A stretch of DNA of 64,000 nt from Octopus sinensis (lineage: Eukaryota): positions 112,530,001 through 112,594,000 of the forward strand of contig NC_042999.1 in the NCBI RefSeq assembly GCF_006345805.1. Direction: 5' to 3'. Shown one piece after another: positions 42,311 to 56,480 of this stretch; position 1 is the first letter of the stretch; every line of letters begins with the position of its first letter. A program made the translations under genes and the position numbers. The notes beneath the pieces were generated by a model. The model did no database searches, was not told the origin of the DNA, and saw only the letters and a program-made list of their open reading frames with translations.

Positions 42311-43099
42311 ATATAATCACTAGTTTAGAAAACAATAATATTTTAGGATAGAATTTGCAACCAAAATAAATTTTCCATTTCAAACATTATAATTTCACTT
42401 TTTGTTTAAATCAATAATACACATGTAAATATAATTTTTGAATGCTATCTAAGAAATCAAAGTCAAAAAATGCTTTACTTATGTATTTATTGATTCATTT
42501 CTTCTTCGCTTTTATTTATTTATTTTTTTTAACCTTATTGCTAGAAATATAAAAGGTAAATGGTAATAAATTGAATAGTTGTACACAAGAGTTTAGAAAT
42601 ATAGTCAGCTCATAAATAAAATGCAGAGTAAAATATTACATTCATAAGAGATATTTCTCACAACTTTGAAATGTATTAAATTTTAAAGTTGTGCAACATC
42701 TCAAAATTTTAATATCAAAATAATTAATTACTTTAATTCTATCGCTATTTTTTCTTCATACTTTTAGCTTAAAGATGAATTTAATGAATATATAATTTGT
42801 AAATATATTCAAAAGACAAATTTTATTCCCCCATATGCCAAAGTACTATCTATATTCTCTGTGGCTGAAAACAGACCAACAAGCGATTTAATGTCTTTGA
42901 CAGAAGATATCGCCTATAAACTTATGTAAACGGCATGGAGTATCTTATAAAATAGGGTGTAAAATATTTGTTTAAATGCATCGTGTTCTATTCGGAATAA
43001 AATTGTTATCTCATTGATATGCAAATTAAAGGGGACTGTTAATTTCGACCTGGCTAAAGCTGTAACAGTTTAAGAAAAATAAATATTGTTATGTCAGAA

Positions 43100-44420
43100 C
43101 TCATATGAACCGTATTCAACAGCCGAATCAGTAGATTTGCTTTTAACAGATTTTCTTTCAAGGTGAAATCAGCTCTTGTAGTGTTCCACTCTGCTATGAT
43201 ACATATGATTGAAGGTTTGTAAATCGCGTTTGTAGTTGTTGACCATTATCAGAGTTCTCTGAGTCATACAGAGAATATTGCAATTATGAACAAACAATTT
43301 TAAAATAATGTAGAAACATAGGTGTGAAAGCGAATTCAAGAAAAATATCAGTTATGCCTTGACCAAATAAAATACTTTGAACATCTAGCTGAAGAATTAA
43401 AATCACTTGTTGCTACTCATGCTTTACAAGCGCTTATTGATATAACAGAATCAGACTTCTATTGGACCAAGTTTATCTCTCAATCTGTCAGAGACGAATG
43501 AATCTTTGAGGAAATTTGTAGAGAGGTGTACATGGGCTAAAGTAAAGCAAAAAGTATGACAGTGTCATAGTTTTTGTTGTCATGTCGCTAGTATCGAGTT
43601 ACTTTGATATACAATATCTGGACTAATATATATAGATGCAAGCAAATTCTCATTAGGTGCTCTTCTAACACAAGAGCATCATCCAATTCTATATGTATCT
43701 ATATCATTGACTCTGGCACAGCAACAATGGAACCAAATGACAAAAAGAGTCATGGGTGATAGTCTCTGGCCACTTTTATGAGTATGGTGCATCTTTCTTA
43801 GTATAAATAAGTCATAAACTTTTGATTACCATCTTGAGAAAAGTACTTTACAAAACTTCTCCGAAGTTTAAGACTATGAATAGATTTTGGAATTATGATT
43901 GCACTATGAAATATGTAAAGTTAGAAAGACTGAAACATTATGGATGTACTGAACCATACAATGCGTAACTGATCTTCCACTTGTGATACGGTCAATATCA
44001 TGTATGAAACTGGTTTGTTGCCAATACTTCAACTGAGTGATGTAAAAATTGGTGAATTGCAGCTGAGACAGCTAATGTTAGTCAACTGGCTAAATTACGA
44101 CAAAATATGGAACAAAGCTGACCTCAGAAACCGATGTCTTTCACCAGTATCTCTGGAAATGCAAAGATAAGTTAACACATGTCTAGGGAGTACAATTCAA
44201 AATCATCAAAGTTATTATTCCACGAGCAATGAGATTGTAGTTGTGTAACCGTACACAAGTGACATTTAGATCGTTCACTGCTCCTAAAGAGAGCAAGAAA
44301 GCCACTACATTGGTTTGGAATGTCAGTTGAAGAAACGATCAAAAGGAAACATTTGGCTTAGTACCATTGTCGGAGTTATCTTGATCAACTGTCGGGGTAG
44401 ATTTGTTTCGAGACAACTTC
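43100..44420 (+). mobile_element. Decayed Ty3/Gypsy pol (RT-RNaseH-integrase remnants)
   Basis: RFSF.VKSA..VF, EKYQ..IKYFEH, IDASKFSLGALLTQEHHPILYVS.SLTLAQQQW, HKLL.TI, VGVDLF, in pol order. Confidence 0.7.
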
Positions 44421-45586
44421 CGCTTTCTCATTCTTGCAAATGAATTTACTGTGGCTTACGACTGTTTTGCCTTTTGTTCCAGCAGTTTATTATAGTCAGT
44501 TAACTCACTGCAATTATTTTAAATCCAGGCACGTTTTGAAGTAATACAAATTCTGGTTAGCAAATAAAAACAAAAAGGGGATGTAATAAGAGTTGCCTTT
44601 CTTTATATGTAGTGTATAGTATGTATGCATGTATGTATATAAAATAGTAAACTGTTTATAAAATAGTAAACTATTTATAAAACAGTAAGCTCTTTTTCTC
44701 AACATTCTCGGAGGCCCCCAAAAAATGAAAGGTCATTAATATTGTCAGTGTTTTCTGTGCGTTTGTGCATGAGCACACATTTTACCATTAGCGAACAAAG
44801 GAAAACAATGTGTGCACATAAGGTTTTGAAGATAACAAATTCTTAAAGATAAAAGCTGGCCTACAATACGATTCAACAAAGAAGCTGCCAATAATGATTT
44901 CTAATATTAGCACAATGCCAATAATTTTAAGGGGAAGCATATTACTGATACCATCGATTCCAATTCTTGATTGGTACCTCATTATATCGAAAACGATGAA
45001 TGGTAACGTTGACTTTGGTGGGATTTGAAATCAGAAGATAAAGAGCCATAGGAAATACCGCAAAGCATTTATTCCGATGCTCTGACTGTTCTGCCAACTC
45101 ACTACCTTAAAGGAAGCTTTAATAATAATTTTTTCTACTAAAAGGCACAAGGCCTGAAATTTTGTAGGGTAGAGCCAGTTAATTACATTGACCGCAGAGC
45201 TCAAATGCTACTTATTTTATCGACTCCGATGGATAAAAAGCTAAGTCAGCTTCGGCGGAGTATGAATTCAGAACGTAGAGACAGACAAAATGCCGTTAAG
45301 CATTTTGTCTGGCGTACTAACGACTCTGCTAGCTTACCACCTTAAAAGAGCATTTTTATAATCTTTTCTACTATAGGCACAAGGCCTGAAATTTTAGCAG
45401 GGGTTAGTCGATTACATCGATCCCATTTATTTTATCAACCCTGAAAGGATGAAAGGCAAAGTCAACCTCAGTGGAATTTGAGTTCAGAACGTAAACACGA
45501 ACGTAAGCATTTTTTCGGGCGTACAAATGATTCTACCTGTATGCCGCCTTAAAGGAGCATCTTACAACAACAGCAACAACAACAGC

Positions 45587-45629
<43 letters not shown>

Positions 45630-45904
45630 CGTAAGACACTTTGTCAAAGGTTGGTTTCACAATTTAATGCAGCAATCTCGCCCAATGCGAGAGGGTTCCT
45701 CACTCCTCCTCTTCGTAGGCGCGTGACCTGCTAGAAATAACAGTAAATCTTCGCAAAATAACACCCAGCACTCTTTAAAAAAAGAAGTACATGTTAGATA
45801 AAGTAATCCTAGAAATGCTGTGTCCAAAACAATGGGCCCATGTTAACTAGAATTTAGAATATATATATATATATATATATATCTATATATATATATATAT
45901 ATAT

Positions 45905-45948
<44 letters not shown>

Positions 45949-46023
45949 AGAAATGGAGCAATAATTAACAATGAGAGGTGGATCATTGGTGTTCTAAAGT
46001 CATTGTTTAATTAAATTAAGAGT

Positions 46024-46104
46024 ATGTTTACAGCTGTTTCTATTTATTAAAATGGGGTAAATTTGCATTTACCTCGTTACAATTGATAAACATCTTCAGA
46101 ACGA
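46024..46104 (-). ncRNA. Type I hammerhead ribozyme with extended stem II
   Basis: GUU-CUGAAGA-UGUUUAUCAA..(GGUAAAU/AUUUACC hairpin)..UUAAUAAAUA-GAAAC-AGCU-GUA-AAC. Confidence 0.7.
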
Positions 46105-46165
46105 TTATATGGCAAAGATAAAATAGAAGGAAAAAAAGGAAAAGTGTTCGTTAAAGCATTATATA

Positions 46166-46214
<49 letters not shown>

Positions 46215-46516
46215 TGTGGAGGCGCAATGGCCTAGTGGTTAGGGCAGCGGACTCGCGGTCGTAGGATCGCGGTTTCGATTCCCAGACCGAGCGTTGTGAG
46301 TGTTTATTGAGCGAAAACACCTAAAGCTCCACGAGGCTCTGGCAGGGGGTGGTGGCGATCCCTGCTGTACTCTTTTGCCACAACTTTCTCTCACTCTTTC
46401 TTCTGTTGGTCTGCTCGCCTAGCCAGCGGGGTGGCGTCATTTGAAGGTTAAAACAATACGAAGCGCATTGTGACCAGCTATGTGTAGCAACATCTGATAG
46501 CCTGGTCGGTCACGTG

Positions 46517-46555
<39 letters not shown>

Positions 46556-47418
46556 TATTTTATATTTTCATTATATATTCATGTACATTTTTATATTTTC
46601 ATATATATTTATATGTATATTTTTATGCATTTGTGTATTTTTACGTAATTTTGTACACGCATATATTTTTTTACGGTTTTATGAGATTGCTTTAAGTACT
46701 CAGATGTTATAAAGGAAAACTGTTTGTCGATTATCTGAACTTTGTGTCTTCTATCGATGCCTATATTATTCATATAGACCATATTCTGAGCTCCACATAA
46801 TTGTTCTATATACGGAATTATTACCTTTATTCTTTCCTTGTATATATATCTACTATATATTTGTGAAAGGGCGGATGTTGTCTCACAAGCAGTTGTGCAG
46901 GCAAAAGTGTTAGTAAATGTGGTCGGACTGACCTAAAAATTTGCTTGCATAGCAACTTTGAATTTGCTCAATTGAAAGGCGTGGCCTCTAGGGCAAAATT
47001 CCTCATCTTTAAAATGTGGCCCGAGTAGACCCGAATGAAATCAGGTTATAATACTAATATACATATATATATATATATGCACGATGGGCTTCTTTCAACT
47101 TCAGTCTGCCAAATCCACTCACAGGGCTTTGATCGGACCGAGGTTATAGTAAGACACTTATCCAAGATGCCATCTAATGGCGCTTAACCTGAAGTCATGT
47201 GGTTTGGAAGTAAACTTCTTATTACACAGCCGTCAGCTATGTTGGTTTTTATAAAAAGGGACAGTTTACAGACGTTGCAAGCTTTGCTTGGCCGAGGGGT
47301 CAATGATTCTAAACATTCCCTGGGCCCGGGACCTTTCTTAAACTCCGAAAGTGAAACGTATTGCTAAAAGCAATAATAGGCGCGAAATCAAAGGTAACCA
47401 GCCATACCCAACGACTAT

Positions 47419-47421
<3 letters not shown>

Positions 47422-47450
<29 letters not shown>

Positions 47451-47453
47451 CAT

Positions 47454-47488
<35 letters not shown>

Positions 47489-47497
47489 TACATACAT

Positions 47498-47530
<33 letters not shown>

Positions 47531-47650
47531 TACATACATACATACATACATACATACATACATACATACAACCACCACATACACATACATACATACATAC
47601 ATACATACATACATACATACATACATACAAAACACCACACATACATACAT

Positions 47651-47685
<35 letters not shown>

Positions 47686-47765
47686 TACATACACATACAT
47701 ACATACATACATACTACATACATATACAACATACATACATACATACATACATACATCATACATAC
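47422..47765. repeat. (TACA)n/(CA)n compound microsatellite
   Basis: Direct reading. Confidence 0.95.
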
Positions 47766-48040
47766 ACATTCACCAGCAACTCTTACATGTTTCTTTTTTC
47801 TCTTTCCACCACACTGCTCCTTTCTTTACTTCCATCTCCAGCACTCCTCCCAACCTCTCTACTCTATCACCAAGCCTCTCTGATGAAAGACTATATCTAA
47901 AACGTTATATTTTTATTCTATATCTCTTAGTCTATAATTTGTTTGCTTCTTCGAGCGTGTCAACCGAATAATATCAACGATGACCGGCCCTTGGGCTTTT
48001 GTTATATTCTTTATTTGATTCTGTTTTTTGTTGCTAATTT

Positions 48041-48170
<130 letters not shown>

Positions 48171-49052
48171 TCTATCTCACTCACTCTCTCTATATATATA
48201 TGTGTGTGTGTATGTATGTATGTATCTGCCTCCCTTTATCTTTCTCTCTGTCTCTCTATATATATATAGAGAGAGAGACAAAGAGAGAGAGAGAGGGAGA
48301 TACATACATACAGACCGAAAGACAGACAGACAAATATACACATATATATCCATACGAATATGTATGTATGTGTGTATATATATATATATGTAGAGAGAGA
48401 GAGAGAGAGAGACGGACGGACAGGCAGACAGACTGGCAGGCAGACAGGCAGGCAGGTAAGCAGAGATTTCGCTGAGGGAGCACAATAAGGCTGTAGTAGA
48501 ATACGAACATGAAGGATAAAGTTGAGTAATGAGGGTGATGACAGAAGTCATTTAAAATGTGAAATAATGACAGCCAGATAATAAAAAAAAACATCTGCTA
48601 TAATTCCATCCTTATCTCGGATGAATCATCGCAATTGATCCCAGTATTTGACTGGTATTTTATTTTATCGACTTCGGAAGGATAAAATAAAATAGTTGAC
48701 ATCGGGGAGATTTGAACACCGATCATAAAAGGACGCCTTAATTAAATACCGTAAGATATGTTGGCCGACCTTCAACGAAGTAACAGGATTGTTGCCTGGG
48801 GATAAGACGGAGTAAAAGCTGAAGGTTGAAGAAGTAGCACAGAGCAAAGAAGATAAGAAAACAGAAACGTGAATAGATTGGGCGGTTGTGAAGTGAAGAT
48901 ATACGGAAAGCAAGATTAAGCTCCAATGGGATAAAGATAACGAAATAGTTGTTAGAGAGAAATGGCAAGGAAGAAGAGTAATATGGAAATAAAGTGATGT
49001 GTTACACGGGGTAACAGTCTTAAATACAATATATGTGTGTGTATGTGTTTAC

Positions 49053-49087
<35 letters not shown>

Positions 49088-49175
49088 AGGGGAGAGAGAG
49101 TGATGGGCAGACAGATGAGCGATATAAATACACAGGTAGATTTAGAGAAAGATAAACGAATTGGAATATTGTGGA

Positions 49176-49273
<98 letters not shown>

Positions 49274-49837
49274 CTAAAGAGAGGAGCAAGTTTAGAAAGA
49301 GAGATAGAGAAAGGGAAGGAGAAAGAGATTAAGATTAGATACAATGAGAGAGGAACACATAGACATAAAAGACATGGTATGGAGAGGTAGGAATGGGAAG
49401 GGAACGAAAACGGAACAAACAGGCGGAACAAGCCGACTGTCGGATGTCGCCGGCCGTAGCTATGACGGAGGGCGGCGAGTGACACCCGAGTGACACGCGG
49501 CGAAGAAGCAGGCACGCAGAGGTGGGGGGAAAAGAGAGCGCTTTGTATAATCACATGCTCAGCCTAAACAAATAATTGCTCAGCTAGGGAAACACAACAG
49601 AGTATTGTGAAGTTTGATAGCCGCAAGTTATAATTAACTGAACCTATGTCTAATTCACGATCGCCGGCCCTTTTGTCACGAAGAATTGAAGTCGTTTCTA
49701 TTGACAATATCAGTTAATTCCCATTGACAAATGCGACAGAACGACGAAGACACTTACAGTGGGAAGAAACAGCGGCGGTGGCGATGCCGAGAGAGCAGTG
49801 GACGAGCGAAAAACACCTCTCTCTCTCTCTTCCTATT

Positions 49838-49894
<57 letters not shown>

Positions 49895-51727
49895 GTCTCT
49901 CTCTCAGTTTCTTATTATTTATCTCACACACACTCTACCTTTTATCTACTTCTCATGTTGCCTTTCTCATTCTCTTTTTAACCTCTCTTTCAACAATCTT
50001 TCTTTACTTCCGTCACTCTCTCTCTCTCTCGCTCCCTCTATCTGTCTATCTATCTAACTTACTATCTATCTATCTATCTTTCTTTACACACAGCCCACAG
50101 TTACACACACATAAGTGCAACACACGAAACTCCCAACTCTTGAGTTACAGATGTAACTTTACAGCAATATGTGTGTTGGGACACGAAATAAATTAATTCA
50201 TAGATGTATATGTATATGTCTTCCCGTTTGCGCGTATATGTACTTTATGGTCTGCCCTTCTCTTCCTCTATCTCTGTCTATCTATTTCTATTTATCTCAT
50301 GTACGTCTGTGTGTGTGTGTGCTTTTTCTTGTTATATTTGCATCATTTGTCTTACTCTCTATGCATACCTATCTATATATCTATTTATCTACCTGTCCAT
50401 TCGACCTCTGTTGCTGGTCAATTGATGGAAACACTATTTTGTTTTGTGTTTTTCACTCGACACGTACTAAAGATCAAATAACATAACTATATATTCAGAT
50501 GTATACATTCAGTGTAAATATAGTAATAACCATATCAAATGTGTTTGAAAAAATAGCAATAATCGTCTGTGTGTGTGTAAGGAGTGAATGTAAATTTGTG
50601 TGTATGTATGACAATGAATGCATGTGGAAGCAAATATTGATCAATATGTGTGCGTACACGTACTGTTACAGTTGCGTGTGTTTGTGTCTAATAGTATTTA
50701 GGTGGTGTTCGGCATTATTCGTGGTGACCAGTGAGAGCTTTACCAATTTTGCTCAATGTGCTAGAAACAGCAGCCAAATCACCCTCGAAACTTTTGTTGT
50801 CTTGTGCATCAATCCATTCTTGAGCGACTCCAGTAGTATATCGGTTTTTTCTATGAGAATAAGTTACGAGACCCTCCTTGAAACGTCTTCATTTCCGAAG
50901 AAATTGGAATCTTCTCAGTATATCGTTGCTGGTTTTGAAGGGGATAATAATTTTACTAGTTCTTTATTTCTCAACCACGGAAGAGTAATAAAAAAAAAAC
51001 TGAAAATAGCATCGATGAGATTTGAACTCAATGCAGTGAAAGAAATACTATAAGGTATTCTATTCGACGCTCAAGCCACTCCTCAAATTCGCTGTCGGTT
51101 ACGACGACGAGTGTTACAGTTGACAGGCGTACTCTTAACGTAGTTCTTAGGGAGATTTAAGTGACGAGGCTGGCCCCTTTTGAAATACCGGTACTACTCA
51201 TTTTTGTCAGCCGAGTGGACTGAAACAACATGAAATAAAATGCCTAGCTCAAGGACACAGCATGCTGCCGGAAATCGAACGCATGATCTTAGGATTGTGA
51301 GCCGAATACCCTAACCACTAAGTTACGTGTCTTCATATAAAGGAAAGGATAAAGTAGTCCTGGACAAGCAAAAACATTGGTGAGTCACGGCTGGAATGTC
51401 AGTGAATATAGGCTCAAGTGCTAAGCTGGGACTAAAAGAACTATGCAACAGTCAACAGCATCATCATCATCATCATTAACTTCACCATTGATTCCATCAA
51501 CATCATCATCATGTATATAACAGAGACAGTAAATATGTGTGTATGTGTCTGTCAATCAATGCACAGTATGAAAAAATATATATATATACCGTTAAGAGTA
51601 TATGTAAGAGTGAAAAAGTTCAAGTGTTGTGTAAAGAAATGCATGTATACATGAATATGCGAGTATATGTATAGATCCACAAATAATACATACATATACA
51701 TACATACATACATACATACATACATAC

Positions 51728-51759
<32 letters not shown>

Positions 51760-51788
51760 GTATATATATTTATGATCCACAAATAATT

Positions 51789-51844
<56 letters not shown>

Positions 51845-53314
51845 TGTATGTGTGTGTAAAGAGGGAGAGAAGAAAAGGGTGTGTGTGTGTATGTTTGAAT
51901 ATGTAACTATAGATAGATATTAATGTATATATATATACGTGTGTGTGTGTGTGTGTCAACAAAAAGCTGCTATTTAAGACGTTGCATGTTGGGAATAAGA
52001 ATTCAAATAATTTTTTTAATGTTTGTCAATGTTATCAAGTTTGAAATTTGATGTTTTATTGCAAAATAAAAATTGCAGAAAAACTACAACGAGCAATGTT
52101 TTCACTTACGTGTGTGTGTGTGCGTGCGTGCATACGAATATAAACATGCATATATGCATGTGAATACGTATATATAGATGTGTGTTAGTGTGTGTATGTA
52201 TGCATGTATATATATATGTGAATTTAGATGTGTATGTGTTGTGTGTGTGTGTCTATTATATAGAAAATTATCAGTCCACTCTGAGTTGCACCTTTGTTTG
52301 ATCCCTACAGTGAAGAAAAGGGATTCGCAATATTTATAAGGTTAGGGAGACCTTGGAGGTATCTGAGTACGGAGGATGTTAAATGTAATAGCCGATCCAA
52401 ATTTTAAAAGCAGGGAGGAGTGTAAAAGGTTGTAAAATTCCTTGATAAATATCTGATTGCGTGTTTAAGAAATTCGCTTCCAAGTCACGTGGTTTGGGGT
52501 TCAGTCGCAATGCACGGCACCTTGGGCAAATGTCTTCTACTATAGCCCTGGGTCGACCAATGTGAGTGAATTTAGAAGGCAGAAACTGTGTAGAAGCCCC
52601 TGTATATATATATGTGCATCTGTGTTTCCACTCATACAGACACAGCTTGACAACCGGTGCTCGTTTGTCTACCTCCTCCTAACTTTGCGGTTCAGCAACA
52701 GAGACCGATAGAATAACTATCAGACTTTAAAATAAGCACTGAGGTTGATCTGTTCAACTAAAAATCTTTTAAGGCGTTACTCCAGCATGGTCGCAGGCCA
52801 CTGATTAAAACAAGTACAGTCAGAATAAGATATCTATTTCCTTTCCATTGACTATTATTTTAGTTATTTTCGCACAAAGTTTCCTTTTTTTCTCTCTTCC
52901 CGTCTCTCTGACCGCACAAAAATATTTTTCCACGGGAATACATCGACAATAAATACTAGCCATGTAGGCATTTGTTTATTGAACCAAAACCAAAGTGCAA
53001 TTAAGTTGTCATATATTCCTCTTATGGGGATGTCTCTTTTCATATATTCCCACACATCTGCTGCCACGGCATTTTAATTCTAATTATAGATATAATTACA
53101 GTTTCAATATTCAGATACTTATTAACGTATTTTATACCATTTTACGATCAGCCACATTAAGACTTACAATTACATTTGACACCCCTCTCACCAACATATC
53201 TCTATGATCTTTCTCGCCTTATAAGTTTTGCTGGCCCCTGTCCTTCACAACCGTGCTCAGCTAAGGGCGAAACTCACAGTAGATTGACCCTTATCATGGA
53301 GAACATTTTAGTAC

Positions 53315-54220
53315 CGGTTTCAGTTTTTGCGACTTTTTCAACTTGGAGTAAAGCATGAAAAATAATTAAATTGTGTGAAAAATTAAATGAAATGTTTTTT
53401 AAAACATATTTTCATAGTTTTCAAGTGCAAGGGACATTTTCCTATTTTTCCGTCTGTCTCTGACTCTTTTTTTACTCTTATGGGGGCTTGGTAGCAGGTA
53501 ATAGCAGTCCTAATATATGATATGAGGTTTTTCCCCTCTATAAATTCAGGGACTATGCAATCTGTAGTCAGCGCATTAGTAAAGACTCATATTTTATTGG
53601 AAAATATAAACTCCTTTTGAATGCGTCCACCACAAATGTCACTATTACAAGGGTCTTAGAATAATACCCACGCAAATATTAAAAACGACATATTCAGAAC
53701 AGTCACTACCCATGAATTTATTCGGAACAATTCCAGTCACTACTATTACAATCACAACGGGTCACTTTAGGGTCATTTGACCATTTAAGAGGATTCCACC
53801 AACAACTTACCACTCACGCATTTCTATTATCCTTTTTCTTCTTTTCCTACTCCCTCTTCTTCTTCTTCTTCTCCTTCTTCTTCTTCTTCTTCTTCTTCTT
53901 CTTCTTCTTCTTCCTACTCCTCCCCCTCTTCTTCTTCTGCTTCTTCACTGCTGTCACCTCCTTTCCGAACTACTACTGCTGCTTAAACAATCAAAACCAA
54001 GAACTCATATCAAATGTTAGACTGCTACTACCTGCCACCTGCTAACAAGAACTCACGTGTGTAAAAAAGAGAGACAGAGACAGACAGAAAAAAAGTAAAA
54101 TGTCCCTTGCATTTGATAACTATGGAAATATTTTAAAAAGACATTTCATTTCATTTTTCCACAATTTAATTGTTTTTCATGCTTTACTCCAAGTTGAAAA
54201 AATCGCATAGACTGAAACTG
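53315..54220. mobile_element. Non-autonomous DNA-transposon-like element with ~155 bp inverted arms
   Basis: 53315-53475 is the reverse complement of 54063-54220 (ttcaacttggagtaaagcatgaaaaa / tttttcatgctttactccaagttgaa). Confidence 0.7.
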
Positions 54221-54239
54221 ATGAGATTGAGTTTTTTTA

Positions 54240-54700
54240 GTTGACCCCTAGTAGTCAATGCCTGTCATACCGTCTGTCTTTCTCGTTATTGACCTCTGGA
54301 GTCCTTCCACTTTCATAATGCTTTGCTTCGTGAGGGAATACCACAGTGAATAACAATATTCAAAGTGGGGTCGGGAAAAAGTAGAGTAGAGAAGGATCAT
54401 GGTGTGAGCATCTCTAGACCAGAAAGTTCTCAGAATCCAGGAACACATCTTGCGGGTCAAATCAACCCTGCTGTTTACGTTGGAACTCCAGCTTAGATTG
54501 TTATTGAACTCCAGCTTAAATTGTCAATTACTCCAAGGTCTCTTGTGTTGTTGGATGAAACGAGGGAGTTGCCCAAGGGAAGGGCATATGGTAGTTTCAG
54601 AGTATCCTCTTTTCCAAAGTGGATCAAATTAAACTTATCTTCATTTAGAAGCATATTGTTCTTTTCCGCCCATTGGACAACAAACGGACCCGTTCGAAGG
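54240..54700 (-). mobile_element. CR1/L2-group LINE RT C-terminal fragment
   Basis: WAEKNNMLLNEDKF..RDLGVID..ILRTF..LYSTFSRPHFEYC..LW. Confidence 0.8.
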
Positions 54701-55275
54701 TATGTTCGTTCTTCCATGCCGTTTATGGCCTTCTGGAGACATATACGTATATGTGTGCGTATGTGTGTGCGCATGTGTGTGCGTATATGTGCATTAAGTT
54801 ATACAGGAAGAATATATTCATGAATATCAAATGAAAGGACTGCATCATTAAACTATCACAAGGTTAGTGACGCAATCCTTGAGAATGTTCATTACAACAG
54901 AATTGAAGCCCTCACCTTTTCAGTAAGCTTAGACTCTCATCGACAGATCATGAATGTTGCTGGTGGACAACCATGTTTTTCCACCAGATCCTTGATAGTA
55001 AACTCAGCAACAGCGGAAAACCCTGTAGTATCGTCTTCGATTGTACAAAGATCAAATCAAACAAACAATGACAATCAACATCAACCTGAAAGATCCTGAT
55101 GAGCAAGCAAAAACACACAAACTCTGGCATGGAACCATTTCAACTACTGCAGAACTGTTTGTACAAGAACACCGTTGGATTGAAAAGGACAAATGACAAA
55201 GACAAAAAAATTCGTCGATCCCGATCACGTTCTCTAAGAAGTGAAATTTGAGTAGATGCATCTTTTATGCAACAC

Positions 55276-55801
<526 letters not shown>

Positions 55802-55972
55802 CGCAGACACATACACATAAATATATGTATATACATATACACACATATGTATGTGTATGTAGTATGTATATGTTTGTATATGTATAGAGTTCTATGTGCA
55901 TGCATGCATGCATACATACATACATACATACATACATACATACATACATACATACATACATACATACATACA

Positions 55973-56003
<31 letters not shown>

Positions 56004-56249
56004 GTGATGTCTGTCCAAGACGAAACTGAAATTTTAAACAAATGTACCTAGTCGCCGCCGCAATAAAAATGCGGTTACAATGCTACATGTGGAAAGGTGA
56101 CCTTGACCTTCAATCTCATTAGAGCTACATCATTCAATGTTAGTTAATCATCGTTCTATACGTACTGTAATGAATGTATGTTTAGTGAACTTGGTGATTA
56201 AGGGCGTTGAACAACGAAAGACTTGAAACATGTTTTTATGAAACTGTTT

Positions 56250-56480
56250 CGAAATGCAACACGCTTTTAGTGAAGATTGTTTGAGATGTATGCAATGTTA
56301 CAGGTGATACCAATGTTTCTAAATTGGAAATGTCATCCACTGAAGATGATTCAAAGTCTGGAAAACCTACCACGACAACGAACGACGATCTCAGTACAGA
56401 AATGTTTGCCATGATTTTTAAAATTTGTCTCCGGACTGTCCATGAGGTTTCTGCAAAAGTAAGCGTCTGTAAAGGTTTTG
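56250..56480 (+). mobile_element. mariner transposase N-terminal (HTH) remnant
   Basis: AFSEDCL..STEDDSKSGKPTT motif resembling EDxxRSGRP. Confidence 0.5.

Noticed and set aside
47880-47907. Active hammerhead (CTGATGA-aga..tct-AAAACGTTA)
   Set aside because: G12 is missing and there is no stem I; at most a decayed relic
55096-55120. CTGATGA-gc-aa-gc-aaaaac as an HHR
   Set aside because: No GAAA, NUH site or stem I; lies in a probable old LINE fragment
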